A stretch of DNA of 63,405 nt, the filler included, from Octopus bimaculoides (lineage: Eukaryota), in the NCBI RefSeq assembly GCF_001194135.2. It is 9 parts of 8 records of this genome, joined end to end, with 100 filler letters (N's around TTAATTAATTAA, not from the genome) between each part and the next. Parts side by side here need not be neighbours in the genome. Positions count along the whole stretch, not along the records: positions 1 to 22,771 come from NC_068982.1; positions 22,872 to 33,924 come from NC_068984.1; 7 more parts are not named here. One strand, 5' to 3'. The position numbers and the translations under genes are program-made. Shown here piece after piece: positions 21,748 through 33,410 of this stretch. The first letter of the stretch is position 1. Each line of letters opens with the position of its first letter. The notes beneath the pieces were generated by a model. The model was not told the origin of the DNA and made no database searches. It was given only the letters and a program-made list of their open reading frames with translations.

Positions 21748-22420
21748 GTTGACAAATATATTGAAATCAATTGTTGACGCTTTGTTCTGCTGTTTTATTC
21801 ATCTGGAAATTTTACTTATCCGTTGACAAATATATTGAAACCACTTGTTGGTGCTGTGTTCTACTGTTTTATCCACCTGGAAATCTTATCGATCCGTTTG
21901 ATTATGGCAACAATGCTTTTTAGATAAATCCTTTAATCTCGTACCAATGCTTAAATGTTTGTCTTTTTTTAAGTAGATTAAATTTTTAATGTGTTGCTTA
22001 TCGCATGAAATGCATACTGAATGCTTAAATGTTTGTCTTTTAAGCATATTTAATTTGTAATGTGTTGCTCATTGCATTAAATGCATACTGAATGCTTAAA
22101 TGTTTCTTTTTAAGCATATTTAAATTGTAATGAATTGTTTATCGCATTAAATTCATATTGAATGCTTAAAACTACAAAAGAAGCATTGTTTTTCTTTTTT
22201 GTCATTGAGGTGGTTGTGAGGTGTGCTAAAAATAACAGCTAAATAACGTTTTTTGGATAAATCTTTTAAGTTCGTGCTTTCACATTAAATGCATATTGAA
22301 TGCTTAAAACTACAAAAGATGTGTTGTTCTGGTAACAAAATGTTTATTTTTTTAAATATTTAATTTGTAATGTGCTGTTTATCGCATTTGATGCATATAT
22401 TGAATGCTTCAAACTACAAA
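21748..22420. repeat. Two adjacent minisatellite arrays with 70-75 bp units, probably inside a non-autonomous DNA transposon
   Basis: Two units starting gttgacaaatatattgaaa (21748, 21822); then units starting aatgcttaaa at 21946, 22020, 22091 and 22161, with further degenerate copies to about 22420. Confidence 0.8.
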
Positions 22421-22771
22421 AGACATGTTGCTTACTCGTTTCCGCGTCTAGAATACAAATATTGATAACACGTGCTATTTTCAGGATGTTGACGACAAAA
22501 TGTGCAGTCACGCACAAAATGACCGCTTCCAAATCCTGTTTCCGGACTGGGTGAAAATGATCAAACATTAAACCTCTATAAATTTTTAAAACCATTTTTC
22601 TGGAAAAAGTGAAGTAACTCTAGCAATTCAGCTTGGAAAACTACATTAATGGGCCAAATTTTTTAAATTTTCAATAAACTTTAATTTTTGAAATGCTGGC
22701 AGCCAAACAGAAAAAATCCCAGCCTAGTAACAAATGTTAAACTACAATTTCTATAAACAAAATATGGTTAT

Positions 22772-22871
22772 NNNNNNNNNNNNNNNNNNNNNNNNNNNNN
22801 NNNNNNNNNNNNNNNTTAATTAATTAANNNNNNNNNNNNNNNNNNNNNNNNNNNNNNNNNNNNNNNNNNNN
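22772..22871. other. Artificial scaffold-concatenation linker
   Basis: 44 N + TTAATTAATTAA (stops in all six frames) + 44 N. Confidence 0.95.
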
Positions 22872-23103
22872 GGCACATAAAAGACACCATTTCGAGCGTG
22901 GCCGTTTTCGTGCGGGTGACACGTAAAAGCACCCACTACACTCTCTGAGTGGTTGGCGTTAGGAAGGGCATCCAGCTGTAGAAACTCTGCCAAATCAGAC
23001 TGGAGCCTGGTGTTGCCATCCGGTTTCACCAGTCCTCAGTCAAATCGTCCAACCCATGCTAGCATGGAAAGCGGACGTTAAACGATGATGATGATGATGA
23101 TGA
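22872..23103 (+). mobile_element. RTE-A 3' end with (GAT)n tail
   Basis: Near-identical reverse complement of 10973-11200; the tail abuts (TA)n. Confidence 0.9.
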
Positions 23104-23689
23104 TATATATATATATGTGAGTGCTTATGTTTTATTGATTAAACTTTCATTTGTACAATATCAAATCCATCCAGAAATTAAAATTAACACAGGTTATCTA
23201 CTATGCTACAGCCAAGCTATTACCCTTCTTTCTCATACTACTTGTGCCAATATAATAAATCATATTTCTCTTTATTGAACATTTTTTTTCTATTCCAGCA
23301 GACATTCTGGAATACATCTGAGGTTTCATTTAGATTGCCTTTTCACAGAAACTTCCAAATTCATAGTGTCATAGGTGGTACATCAGGGGAAGATGTTGCC
23401 TCAGGGATATCTATATTCAATTCAATGTTACATATGTTTCATTATAAGATAGGAGTTACTAAAGTATATATGTAGAAAAAAAAAACATATACAGACTTTC
23501 ATAACTAATTCTTCAGACAAAGATTAAAAAAAAATAATACAAATTTACACTTGGATGCTGCTGCTGCTTATAATATAATACTATAAATGGCAGTTGAGGG
23601 GGTCTAGTCTTGAGAGTCACTTAGCAACCTCACTAGTAGCACTGACATAACAGAGCACTAAGTATACACTGTAAATTGGTTTGGGTTAG

Positions 23690-23812
23690 AAAGGACATCC
23701 ATCTGTAAGTAGAAGCCATGCCAAAACAGACATTAGAGCATGATGCAGTCCTCTGACTTACTGGGTCCTGTCAAACTGTCTAATCCAGGGAAGATAGATG
23801 TTAAATGAAGAT
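23690..23812 (+). mobile_element. Old degenerate RTE-type 3' tail
   Basis: aaaggacatccatctgta..gtcaaactgtctaatcca..gatgttaaatgaagatgat resembles the RTE-A tail. Confidence 0.5.
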
Positions 23813-23885
23813 GATAATTACGACACATCTTTACCCACAGGTATATACACATATACATACATCTAAACATCCACATACATATGTT

Positions 23886-24267
23886 TGTTGGCACTCCGTC
23901 GCTTACGACGTCGAGGGTTCCAGTTGATCCGATCAATGGAACAGCCTGCTCGTGAAATTAACGTGGAAGTGGCTGAGCACTCCACAGACACGTGTCCCCT
24001 TAATGTAGTTCTCGGGGATATTGAGCGTGACACAGTGTGACAAGGCTGACCCTTTGAATTACAGGTACAACAGAAACAGGAAGTAAGAGTGAGAGAAAGT
24101 TGTGGTGAAAGAGTACAGCAGGGTTCGCCACCATCCCCTGCCGGAGCCTCGTGGAGCTTTAGGTGTTTTCGCTCAATAAACACTCACAATGCCCGGTCTG
24201 AGAATCGAAACCGCGATCCTATGACCACGAGTCCGCTGCTCTAACCACTGGGCCATTGCGCCTCCAC
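23886..24267 (-). mobile_element. tRNA-derived SINE family C, full length and young
   Basis: Minus head gtggaggcgcaatggcccagtggttagagcag..ggtttcgattc (A and B boxes). Near-identical to 52596-52978 with CpGs retained. Confidence 0.9.
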
Positions 24268-24760
24268 ACATACATATGTATATATGTGTATACATACATA
24301 TATATACATACGTATATATATTTAAAAGTGTATAATTCTCTATTCTCTTGTGTTTATATATATACACACACACACACACATGTATGGTGATTGCTCCATC
24401 TTCACAGATGATTACTGTCCCTTTGTGCTTCCTTATTGTCAATGACACTTCTGACTTTCCAACCATGCCCTTTCTGATGACTATTCAGTACAACTAAAGA
24501 TACCTCTGCACTTTGAACTGGCTAGGTTTGCACATGTCACCACATTTCCATTGTTATAAGACTTTTAGTAGATGAAATGACAAATGAGATCACCACCAGT
24601 AGTGGGGAAATGGTTCAGGATTTTCAGGGTTTCGAAGAGTATGGAACCACCTCTTCACCACTATTGCTTCAAGGTCTACTCTCACCCAGAGTATTAGCAC
24701 TTGCCAGTGTGCCAGCTATGGGTTAATTTGCATGTAACTAATGATCATCAGCAGTGACAA

Positions 24761-25520
24761 TCAACCAACCAACCAACCAGCCAACCAACCAACCAACCAA
24801 CCAGCCAACCAACCAACCAACCAACCAGCCAGCCAACCAACCAACCAACCAGCCAACCAACCAACCAACCAACCAGCCAGCCAGCCAACCAACCAACCAA
24901 CTAGCCAACCAACCAACCAACCAACCAGCCAGCCAACCAACAAACCAACCANNNNNNNNNNNNNNNNNNNNNNNNNNNNNNNNNNNNNNNNNNNNNNNNN
25001 NNNNNNNNNNNNNNNNNNNNNNNNNNNNNNNNNNNNNNNNNNNNNNNNNNNNNNNNNNNNNNNNNNNNNNNNNNNNNNNNNNNNNNNNNNNNNNNNNNNN
25101 NNNNNNNNNNNNNNNNNNNNNNNNNNNNNNNNNNNNNNNNNNNNNNNNNNNNNNNNNNNNNNNNNNNNNNNNNNNNNNNNNNNNNNNNNNNNNNNNNNNN
25201 NNNNNNNNNNNNNNNNNNNNNNNNNNNNNNNNNNNNNNNNNNNNNNNNNNNNNNNNNNNNNNNNNNNNNNNNNNNNNNNNNNNNNNNNNNNNNNNNNNNN
25301 NNNNNNNNNNNNNNNNNNNNNNNNNNNNNNNNNNNNNNNNNNNNNNNNNNNNNNNNNNNNNNNNNNNNNNNNNNNNNNNNNNNNNNNNNNNNNNNNNNNN
25401 NNNNNNNNNNNNNNNNNNNNNNCAACCAGCCAACCAATCAACCAACCAACCAACCAGCCAGCCAACCAACCAACCAACCAACCAGCCAACCAACCAACCA
25501 GCCAACCAACCAACCAGCCC
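24761..25520. repeat. (CCAA/CCAG)n tetranucleotide microsatellite spanning a gap
   Basis: Directly visible; it produces the spurious TNQP/WLVG ORFs. Confidence 0.95.
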
Positions 25521-25881
25521 ACACGCACACACACACATATCTATGCATGTATTTATATATATATGTACATATATGGCTAACAATCTGTCCTCCATTCTAT
25601 ACTGCCCAGGTTTGGATCTTATCGAACATCCTACACCAGAGAGTGAGAACAGGACAACACTACAAAGAATACACTCTCACCTACAGTATCAATACAACAC
25701 AGGGGGAACCAACAGAGTTTTATGTCACTACTCGATTGCAGAGACCCCAATTTTTCTATTGGACTGTTCAGCCATAGGCAATGCTGTTCCAGTAGGGTGG
25801 ACAACCAGGAACTTCATCCATGGCCATTAGAGATAGACAGAGGTTAAAGATATATATAGTATCACAATAAAGAATGGAGAA

Positions 25882-26122
25882 TCACTCATTTTTAATTAAT
25901 AGTTGACAGCATATAAGATTCTGATATATATTTCTGTTATGCAAGCATTTCAGGATCTCTAGATGCGTTATTTCTGTACAACTAATTGATTCACAATTAA
26001 GTAAATCCAAAGATGTACATAAGAATAACTTTTTACAAGAATAAATTTTCCAAGGCATTCGTTCCAAAGGAAGTTGAAGAGAACTGTATGTTGTAGCAGT
26101 AGAATTAAGTGACCAAAAACAC
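25882..26122 (-). CDS. Candidate coding exon of an unidentified gene (CFWSLNSTATTYSSLQLPLERMPWKIYSCKKLF...QLLIKNE)
   Basis: Strong polypyrimidine acceptor (cccttatcttcttgttctcttactttgtaag|) and an open 79-codon frame in AT-rich DNA. Its phase-2 entry is compatible with the 30542 donor. Confidence 0.45.
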
Positions 26123-26598
26123 CTTACAAAGTAAGAGAACAAGAAGATAAGGGAGGGGTGGGATAGAAATGTAGATGTGGTGATGAAGTATAATATGTCA
26201 AGAATGTTAGTCATATTTAAACTGATACTGACTAAGTGGACATTGAATAAAAATAAATATAATTTCAATTGTAGTAAGAGCAACTTTATTTAGGTCAGAA
26301 TGATTAAAAAACATTGGCCACTGATTCTAAATAAAAGTAGAAATGAAAGATAGGATATCACAAGCATTAAAAGGATTTGAAAAAGAGAAGCAAATATAGT
26401 TGTCAGGGAGTAACAAGTTATAACCATAATAATAAAATTAATGATTTAAAGTAAACACTAATACAAAAACCTAAAAAAATTGTCAGAAAGATTAATAAGA
26501 TAAAAAGGAAAAAGAAAAGGAAAACAAACAAACATAGCACCACCTCAGTTGTAAAATAGAAATCTAGCATTATTTTGTTAAAACTATCTAAAGACTAT

Positions 26599-26879
26599 TT
26601 TGTTTTTGGATTTGGTTTGCAAGATTCTTTATGTGAGTTTGTGTGTTGAAGCATATTCTGTTGTGTCTGGGGAGAGTAATTTTTTTTGTGCCTTATAATT
26701 TAACACACTCACCGGTAACATTTCCACTTATTTCTTATTTTTATTTTCCTAAAATTTTTGTTGTGTCTTGCAACCTTTTCAATAGTCTTAAGAAATAAAT
26801 GGAAATTTTACCGGTGAGTTTGACCAGTGTTAAATTATAAAGCACAAAAAGAAAATGACTATTCCCAGACACAACAGAA
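26599..26879. mobile_element. PLE pLTR-like insertion with an inverted duplication and a 14-bp TSD
   Basis: TSD tatctaaagactat at 26585-26598 and 26880-26893. Inverted arms at 26653-26737 and 26789-26882. Confidence 0.8.
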
Positions 26880-26993
26880 TATCTAAAGACTATACAGAGA
26901 TTATTAGTCCAGGGTTATGTATGTTCAGCTTTTATTTAAGTTAATTAGTCTTAAGGCTAATTATGGAAGTGTTTAAATGTTTTATATATATAT

Positions 26994-27022
26994 ACTAGTA
27001 GAGATATCTGGCCCTGCTTGGG
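26994..27022 (-). mobile_element. Isolated Helitron-like 3' terminus
   Basis: Minus strand cccaagcagggccagatatctctaCTAGt, inserted in (TA)n. Confidence 0.45.
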
Positions 27023-27044
27023 ATTAAAATGGCATAGTATTTTT

Positions 27045-27331
27045 ACTGTTTTACTTGTTTCAGTCATGAGACTGCGGCCATGCTGGAGCACCACCATTGG
27101 TCAAACAAATCGACCACAGGAGTTATTCTTTGTAAGCCTGGTACTTATTCTATCAGTGTCTTGTACTGAACTGCTAATTTATGGGAATGTAAACACAGCA
27201 ACATAGGTTGTGAAGCAATGGTGGGGGTACAAACACAGACACACACACACACAAATATACACATATATCCAACAGTCTTCTTTCAGTTTCCATGTATGAA
27301 ATCCACCCACAAGGCTTTGATCGACCTGAGG

Positions 27332-27335
<4 letters not shown>
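27045..27335 (-). mobile_element. SINE family B, 5'-truncated
   Basis: Collinear with 48452-48770. Confidence 0.8.
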
Positions 27336-27377
<42 letters not shown>

Positions 27378-27380
<3 letters not shown>

Positions 27381-27700
27381 TAGCAGAGATACCTGGTGTT
27401 GCACGGGTTACATGCAATTAAAGAATTAGACTTTTCTGTTATATTTTCTCTAATGAAATAGAATATCTATGATTCGAATTTCATCAAAATTGCAGGTGAG
27501 GGTTTTTTTCCCTCTTTACACACCCTAAAAAAATTCTAATCATGACACATGTATCCCATATGACTGATCTTTATGCGCAGATTCCAAAATTACAGTCTTA
27601 TGGAACCTGTTAAAAGGATTTTGCTCCTGAAAATTGGAGGTCATGGAGTTCTAAAATGTGGGAGTTAAGGCTCCTATTGGGGGTGGGTGTCTTAATGTCA
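27378..27700 (-). mobile_element. Non-autonomous Helitron-like 3' region
   Basis: Minus strand cccgtgcaacaccagg hairpin + tatctctgCTAGt. Same end type as 45864-45891; left boundary in (TA)n. Confidence 0.55.
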
Positions 27701-28122
27701 ATCAGAGAAGTTGAATTGTTGAGGATCTTTTTAACTTGGGTCTTATATTTATTGTTCGAATTTCTTTGAAATAGGAAATATATGTATGTTCACTGGGTTT
27801 GTAAAAGAGAGCAAAGCTACAGGAAACCAAAAGACGAATGATCACAATAAGCAGTTAGCTACCCTACCCTAGTCATTACCACTCCCCAATGTAGGATTCC
27901 TCACTATACAGATAACAGGCACAGCTGTAAGATGCATTACAGATCTATAGCAGTTGGAAGGGTGTGACCCAACTCAAATAAACATTAACAACTGTGTGAT
28001 GTGAGGTCTAAGGGGAAATGAAAGTGTCACCTCTGGAGTTTGCAAATGACCACTATACCGATACGTAACTGGACAGAATAAATTTACAATCTATAGATGT
28101 CTTTGAATAACCAGTCACTCAC

Positions 28123-28234
28123 CTGGGAAGGCCTTGAAATTAATGTTACCACCTGGGGACTATGTGTGACCCAGTGATAATAAAAAGACTCAAAGGAGGT
28201 CTGCAACCAAATAACTTTACTCAACACTTTACAA
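28123..28234 (-). CDS. Possible internal or alternative exon of the same unidentified gene (CKVLSKVIWLQTSFESFYYHWVTHSPQVVTLISRPSQ)
   Basis: Acceptor tctttgcctccactgattcag|, consensus donor CAG|GTGAGT, open in phase 2. It ends in phase 0, so it cannot join 26122 directly. Confidence 0.25.
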
Positions 28235-28419
28235 CTGAATCAGTGGAGGCAAAGATACCTCTCATTTACTTGACAATTTATGCACCACATCTCTGCTAGT
28301 TATATATATGTGTATATATAAATGCATTTGTATATACCCATATATATGCATACACACACATATAGGTGGAAGTGTGGTTGTAGGTGCTGGCATGGCTGCA
28401 GGTGCAGGCATGGCTATTG

Positions 28420-28575
28420 GCACAGATGTAGATGTGTGGTTAAGAAGTTTGCTTCTCAACCATGTAATTTGCATTCAGTCTCATTGCATATCACCTTAGG
28501 TGTCTTCAGTTATAGTGCCAAGCAAACTAAAGCCATGTGAGTTCATTTAGTAGATGAAGACTGAAAGAAGCTCAG
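28420..28575 (+). mobile_element. SINE family B head, diverged
   Basis: gtgtggttaagaagtttgcttctcaaccatg..caccttaggtgtcttc..aaagccatgtgag..gaaagaagc. Confidence 0.6.
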
Positions 28576-30541
28576 TGTGTGTGTGTGTGTCTACGTTTGT
28601 GTTCCCTTTACTTGACATTACGTAATAATTTTAAAGGAATTTTCACTATCATACATGCAATGTCATTCATTTCCACTATTCGGCAAGAATATGTCTGGCC
28701 ATGGGGAAATATTACCTTCTTTGGAAACAGATGAGGGTTGATGAATGTACAAACATCTGCCGGTAGAAAATCTACCTCAATAAACTTCATTCAACCCATA
28801 TGAGAATGGAAAAGTAGATGTGAAAATGATGATGATTATGTTGATATATATTTCATCCCACGTTTTGCTCCCAGTTATTCTTTTTCTTGGAAATACTTTG
28901 TTTTGTCACTCATCCTGCATTCTCACCTATTTTCAACTGAATATACCTTACTCCTGTGCTTCATATCATAACTGCCATATTTCAACCTTAACACCCTCCC
29001 ATTTCTGCTATAATTCTCAACAGCCTCTCATATTTGCCATCAATGCCAGCCTCACTTTTGTCCATCTATGTACTCCTACATATCTCTGACTTCCATCTCT
29101 GTCACTGTATATCCTTCTCTCTTCCCCCTACTTTACATCGTCTCCATGTATTCATGGTTTTATTGTATTGCTGCTTTACACCACCTTTTTGTACTGCTAC
29201 TCATCACTTCCTTCTGCTTGACTCACCTCAATTTCCTTCACCTTCCCCCATAAACTGATATTTATCATCGACAACACTTCTACCCTTTTTCAATATTCAC
29301 TGCTTTTACCCCTATTCCCAACTTTTCACACTTTTTAAAACTTCTCTACCCACTCTTCCCAATCCTTTGTCCAATTCTCTCTGACAATCACCTTCTTGTA
29401 TCCTGAGAGTAAACCCTGACAACTCGTCACCAGTATCTTTATGTTTCTTTCCTGCTGGGGTAGTCGTGTATCTTCTCAACAGCAAGACACCTGTTCTAGA
29501 GGAGATACATGACTACTTTAGCTGCAATGACAACTGAGCAGCATATGCTTTAATACGACCGAAACATTTGTTACTTTAACTAGTTGATTTTAAAGATGGC
29601 ATACGCTCTAATCTGCATTGTCTTTATTCAAAAATACTCATCAACTGATTTTTCTTGAGTTATGTTGTTTAATTGTAGCTTTGAGATTTTAAACATTCCT
29701 CGAACGAGTTTTTGTCTACTAAATACTTGAAAATCTCAGTTGATCGAAGTTATGTTACATTTTATGTAACATGTGAGATCTTACTATACCAAAGGCTTTA
29801 CTCAACAAATAAATCTGTCAACATTCGTCTGGTTTGGAAGAAAGAACTCACTTATCACGTGACACTTCAGTTATTAAAAGAATGTGAAACCAGTAAAAGA
29901 ATACACAATACTCATAACATTACATTTTTTAAAGAAATAACCAACGATTCAACAATTAAGTTATACAACATATGTATACTGAATACTTTTTAAGTATAAA
30001 ATATCTACTTAACAATGTTAGTAGAGTTTGATTCAATACAATAGTAACTGTATCAGATTGTTTTTGTATAGTCAACGAAAGAACTTTTGCGTTTTTACAT
30101 TTTCTTGATTTTAGTTTTATTGTTGAGTTTTATGGTCGTGATCTAAATGAGTGACGCTTCTGTAAAATTTCTCTCAACAAACTCCCTCACTGTCTGTGGA
30201 ACCACATTTAAATTCTATATCATAGCACATCATATCTGATGTAAAAGGAAGAATGTTCCAGCTAGGAGGCTGACAATGCACTAAGATTCAATTTTGATAG
30301 ATCACTAAATGTATTATTTACTTACTTTCGTGCCATACAATCGTATGAAACTATTTATTATTCAGCATGGTTATTCAAATGATGATTGTAGTGTGGTAAG
30401 CACCAGGTCAAATGAGGCCAAATCATAGTTGCTGTACACTTATGCCACTAATGTCTTTTATAGAGAAATTTCCCTGCAATCAGTTATCAAATCTGAGGCG
30501 TCACGCCTAAAGACGAAACAAATTTACTTCGTATTACTTAC

Positions 30542-30852
30542 CTTTGGCTATTTCGTTTCGAATTTGTTCTTTTATACACATTAGGTTTATTGACAATTTC
30601 AACATCACAGTTGTCGTTGCTCCGATTTTCTTCTACGACGCTTTCGCCTTCTCTTGAAAGCGATTTCTTTTCACTGGCTTTCAACAGGCTCTTGGTCAAA
30701 TTTTCGTCTGCCAGAACTGCATCATATTTTGAACTATTGTTTGGTGACGGAATTGACGATGATGTTGTTGTCACCGTATCATCAATGATGACTGTATTTA
30801 GTTTCGGGCTGGACTCGGGAGTCATAAGACAGAGGGCAGCCTTTTCTGTCAT
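30542..30852 (-). CDS. Candidate first coding exon of an unidentified gene (Ser/Thr/acidic low-complexity N-terminus, MTEKAALCLMTPESSPK...)
   Basis: 104-codon ATG ORF, more GC/CpG-rich than its flanks, ending exactly at a consensus donor AAG|GTAAGT (phase 2). Confidence 0.55.
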
Positions 30853-31919
30853 TACAATATTTTCTGCCAGTGTGCTTTGTAAAGTTGGCAGTAAATGAAT
30901 ATAGCAGTATTGTTGTAATTATATACATATGAACACACACATATATTAGTGTATTTGGATTTTTTCGTTACACCCTAACACAATACATTTTTCACTTGTG
31001 TATGTTTTTATTCATGCGTTTATGTCAAGTAAACATATCCAGTTAACCGTTATTTCTATGTAAACATTTATCAGAAATGTGTATATGGCTTAAAACATGT
31101 GAAGTTAGTGTAAAGATAAACAAAAGATTTACGAAAGTATAGTACAACTTCAGTTCTTATCTCAGTTATTTAAAATTCAATCACCAGATACATACGATTA
31201 TCGCCACCTTTACTAAAAGAAACACGAACTTACAACTCCTCTCAAACTTTCAAAATACTGTACGCCTCGTAATTGGGGCATTCCACTTCACGCATATGTG
31301 AGGGGTGGTGTGGATTAGTTGACGTTTAACAACCACTAACTTCCATTCATATTTATTAACATTTATATTTATACATCAGCCTGTCAAATACACACACATG
31401 TATGTGCTGTAAAGTTCCTGACCGAGATTAGTTTTAGTATTAGTAGTAGTGTTTCCAAAATTTTACTATATTAATATTGTTAAATTTGATGTGCTAGTGC
31501 TAAATAATTCCAAGAATATTGATAAAATGAAAATAAATTTAATAAATTTTGTAACGAAAACTAAGAGTAACAGAGAATAAGTTATTTGGTTGGGACTGCT
31601 GTCTGAGATACAAATTACGGTACAGCCTAAAATAAAAACTTATTGGCCATAACGAAAGATGACCAACTTATTAATTGTGGACACAGAATGCGTAATACTT
31701 TTGCTTTAAAAGAAAAAAAAAAGGTTTCTTGTCTGTTCATATATGTACTGGATACAGTGGATATTGTTTTACGTTGCTTAAACACAAATACTTTATATTT
31801 TAGTAAAAGTTAATAAATGAATTTTTTTAAATGTAACGTTTCCGTTTTCCCAAGAGCATTAAGAGCGTAGATTTAGAACCTGAGAATTATGAAGGGTAGA
31901 AAAATAAAAATATGACCGG

Positions 31920-32360
31920 CTAGTGATGGTCGTGAGTTGAATTGTTAGCGTGTCGGACTAAGTCAAAATGCTTAGTGGCATTTCTCCTAAGTTCAAATAC
32001 TGCCAACGTTCACTTTGCCTTTCATCCTTTCGGGGTCGATAAATTAAGTTCCAGTCAAGTGCTAGGGTCGATGTAACTGACTACCCCACCCACCAACAAA
32101 TTCTAGGCCTTGTGCATACAGTAGAAAAGATTATTATTATTATTGTGACGATCTGGTAGAATCGTTGGTATGCCGGACAAAATGCACAGCGACAGTTCTT
32201 CAGGTTTTACGATCTGAGTTCAAATTCTGCCGAGGTCGACTTTGCCTTTCATCCTTTTGGGGTCCATGAAATAAGTGCCAGTTGAGCACTGAGGCCAATG
32301 TAACCAACTAGCCGCTTCCTCCAAAACTTCAGGCATGCTTATAGCAGGAAGGATTATTAT
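31920..32360 (+). mobile_element. Two tandem diverged SINE family A copies
   Basis: Core gcctttcatcctt.cggggtc at about 32016 and 32245; each copy ends in gattattatt. Confidence 0.75.
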
Positions 32361-32764
32361 TTATTATACGACTAGGAGGAAGGGCAGCTCAAACACTTTC
32401 CCCAAGATCTAATACGATTTAATAAGAAACGAGTTGAGAGTTATTCTCCAAGAGGAGATCTTGTGCAAATGCATGGAAAACAGTTGACTCCACTAAAGGC
32501 GGATGGACTGTGCAACTAATTCGTAGCTACCTAATGATATCTAGCTCAGTTTCTAAGTTCAAATACTGCAGTGGTTGACTTTGCAATACATATTTCAGAA
32601 TTTGATATAATATCTGTAACATTCGAGATGAAATATACCACTCATAATTTCATCCAACAAAATTTCACCTGTGTCTTGTTAAAGAAATCAATATTTAAAA
32701 GTATCTATTTTTTAAAACTTTAGATATAATTTAAAGATGAAAAACTTTCCGCTGAAACCAGTTC

Positions 32765-32806
32765 AACACCCGCACGATTTTCACTAGTGAAAATCGTGCG
32801 GGTGTT
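32765..32806. repeat. Perfect 42-bp palindrome, no loop, CpG-rich
   Basis: aacacccgcacgattttcact|agtgaaaatcgtgcgggtgtt. Confidence 0.95.
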
Positions 32807-33326
32807 AATCTGAAAATTTACCGAAAAGTTAAACAAGTTATTTCTTTTTACAATTTTTATCATGATTTTGATCTGATATGGTGTACTGGAGCAAATATTG
32901 GTAAACTTTGCTTAGTGTTAATCGTGCAGTAATTACGAACTGATCTAAAAGAAGAAGTGGTGTAAGGTGTCCACCCCTCTCGTATCAGTTGAGTCTAAGG
33001 CTGATAAGCGGTAGTAACTTTCACCTGTAGTCTTGTTACCGTGTAACTTGAATACAGTGGAAAGCACGATGGTGAGATTTTACTTTAGCAGAGAAAAAGT
33101 TAGTCGTTTGATGCGAGCAGTTTCATCGAAATGGTGAGTTTATTAAACATTCTTATTATTAACGCTCGAGGGAGTAGTTGCAGATTGATATACTAATATT
33201 AGGCCAAGAAATGTCTATGGTAGCACATATATGCAATCAAACATGCGAACTAGCAACTTTTAATTATTTGTTTCTTAGTCTCGGTTATTTTATTTTGTTT
33301 GGGCTGGCCGGAGGCAATAAATCCGC

Positions 33327-33410
<84 letters not shown>

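Noticed and set aside
21748-22420. CRISPR-like array
   Set aside because: The units are contiguous degenerate tandem repeats without unique spacers; the context is eukaryotic with no cas genes.
23203-23475. Terminal exon candidates on either strand
   Set aside because: Weak or phase-unknown acceptors and no homology; this cannot be distinguished from chance.
24738-25830. TNQP/WLVG repeat proteins, and YI/HT/CV/poly-I/poly-N ORFs elsewhere
   Set aside because: Translations of (CCAA)n, (TA)n, (CA)n and (AAT)n microsatellites with no coding evidence.
29712-29993. 93-aa plus-strand ORF, and a minus-strand GTGAGT donor at 29851
   Set aside because: TTG start, no recognisable motif, no supporting splice pair, and stops in all usable minus frames upstream of the donor.
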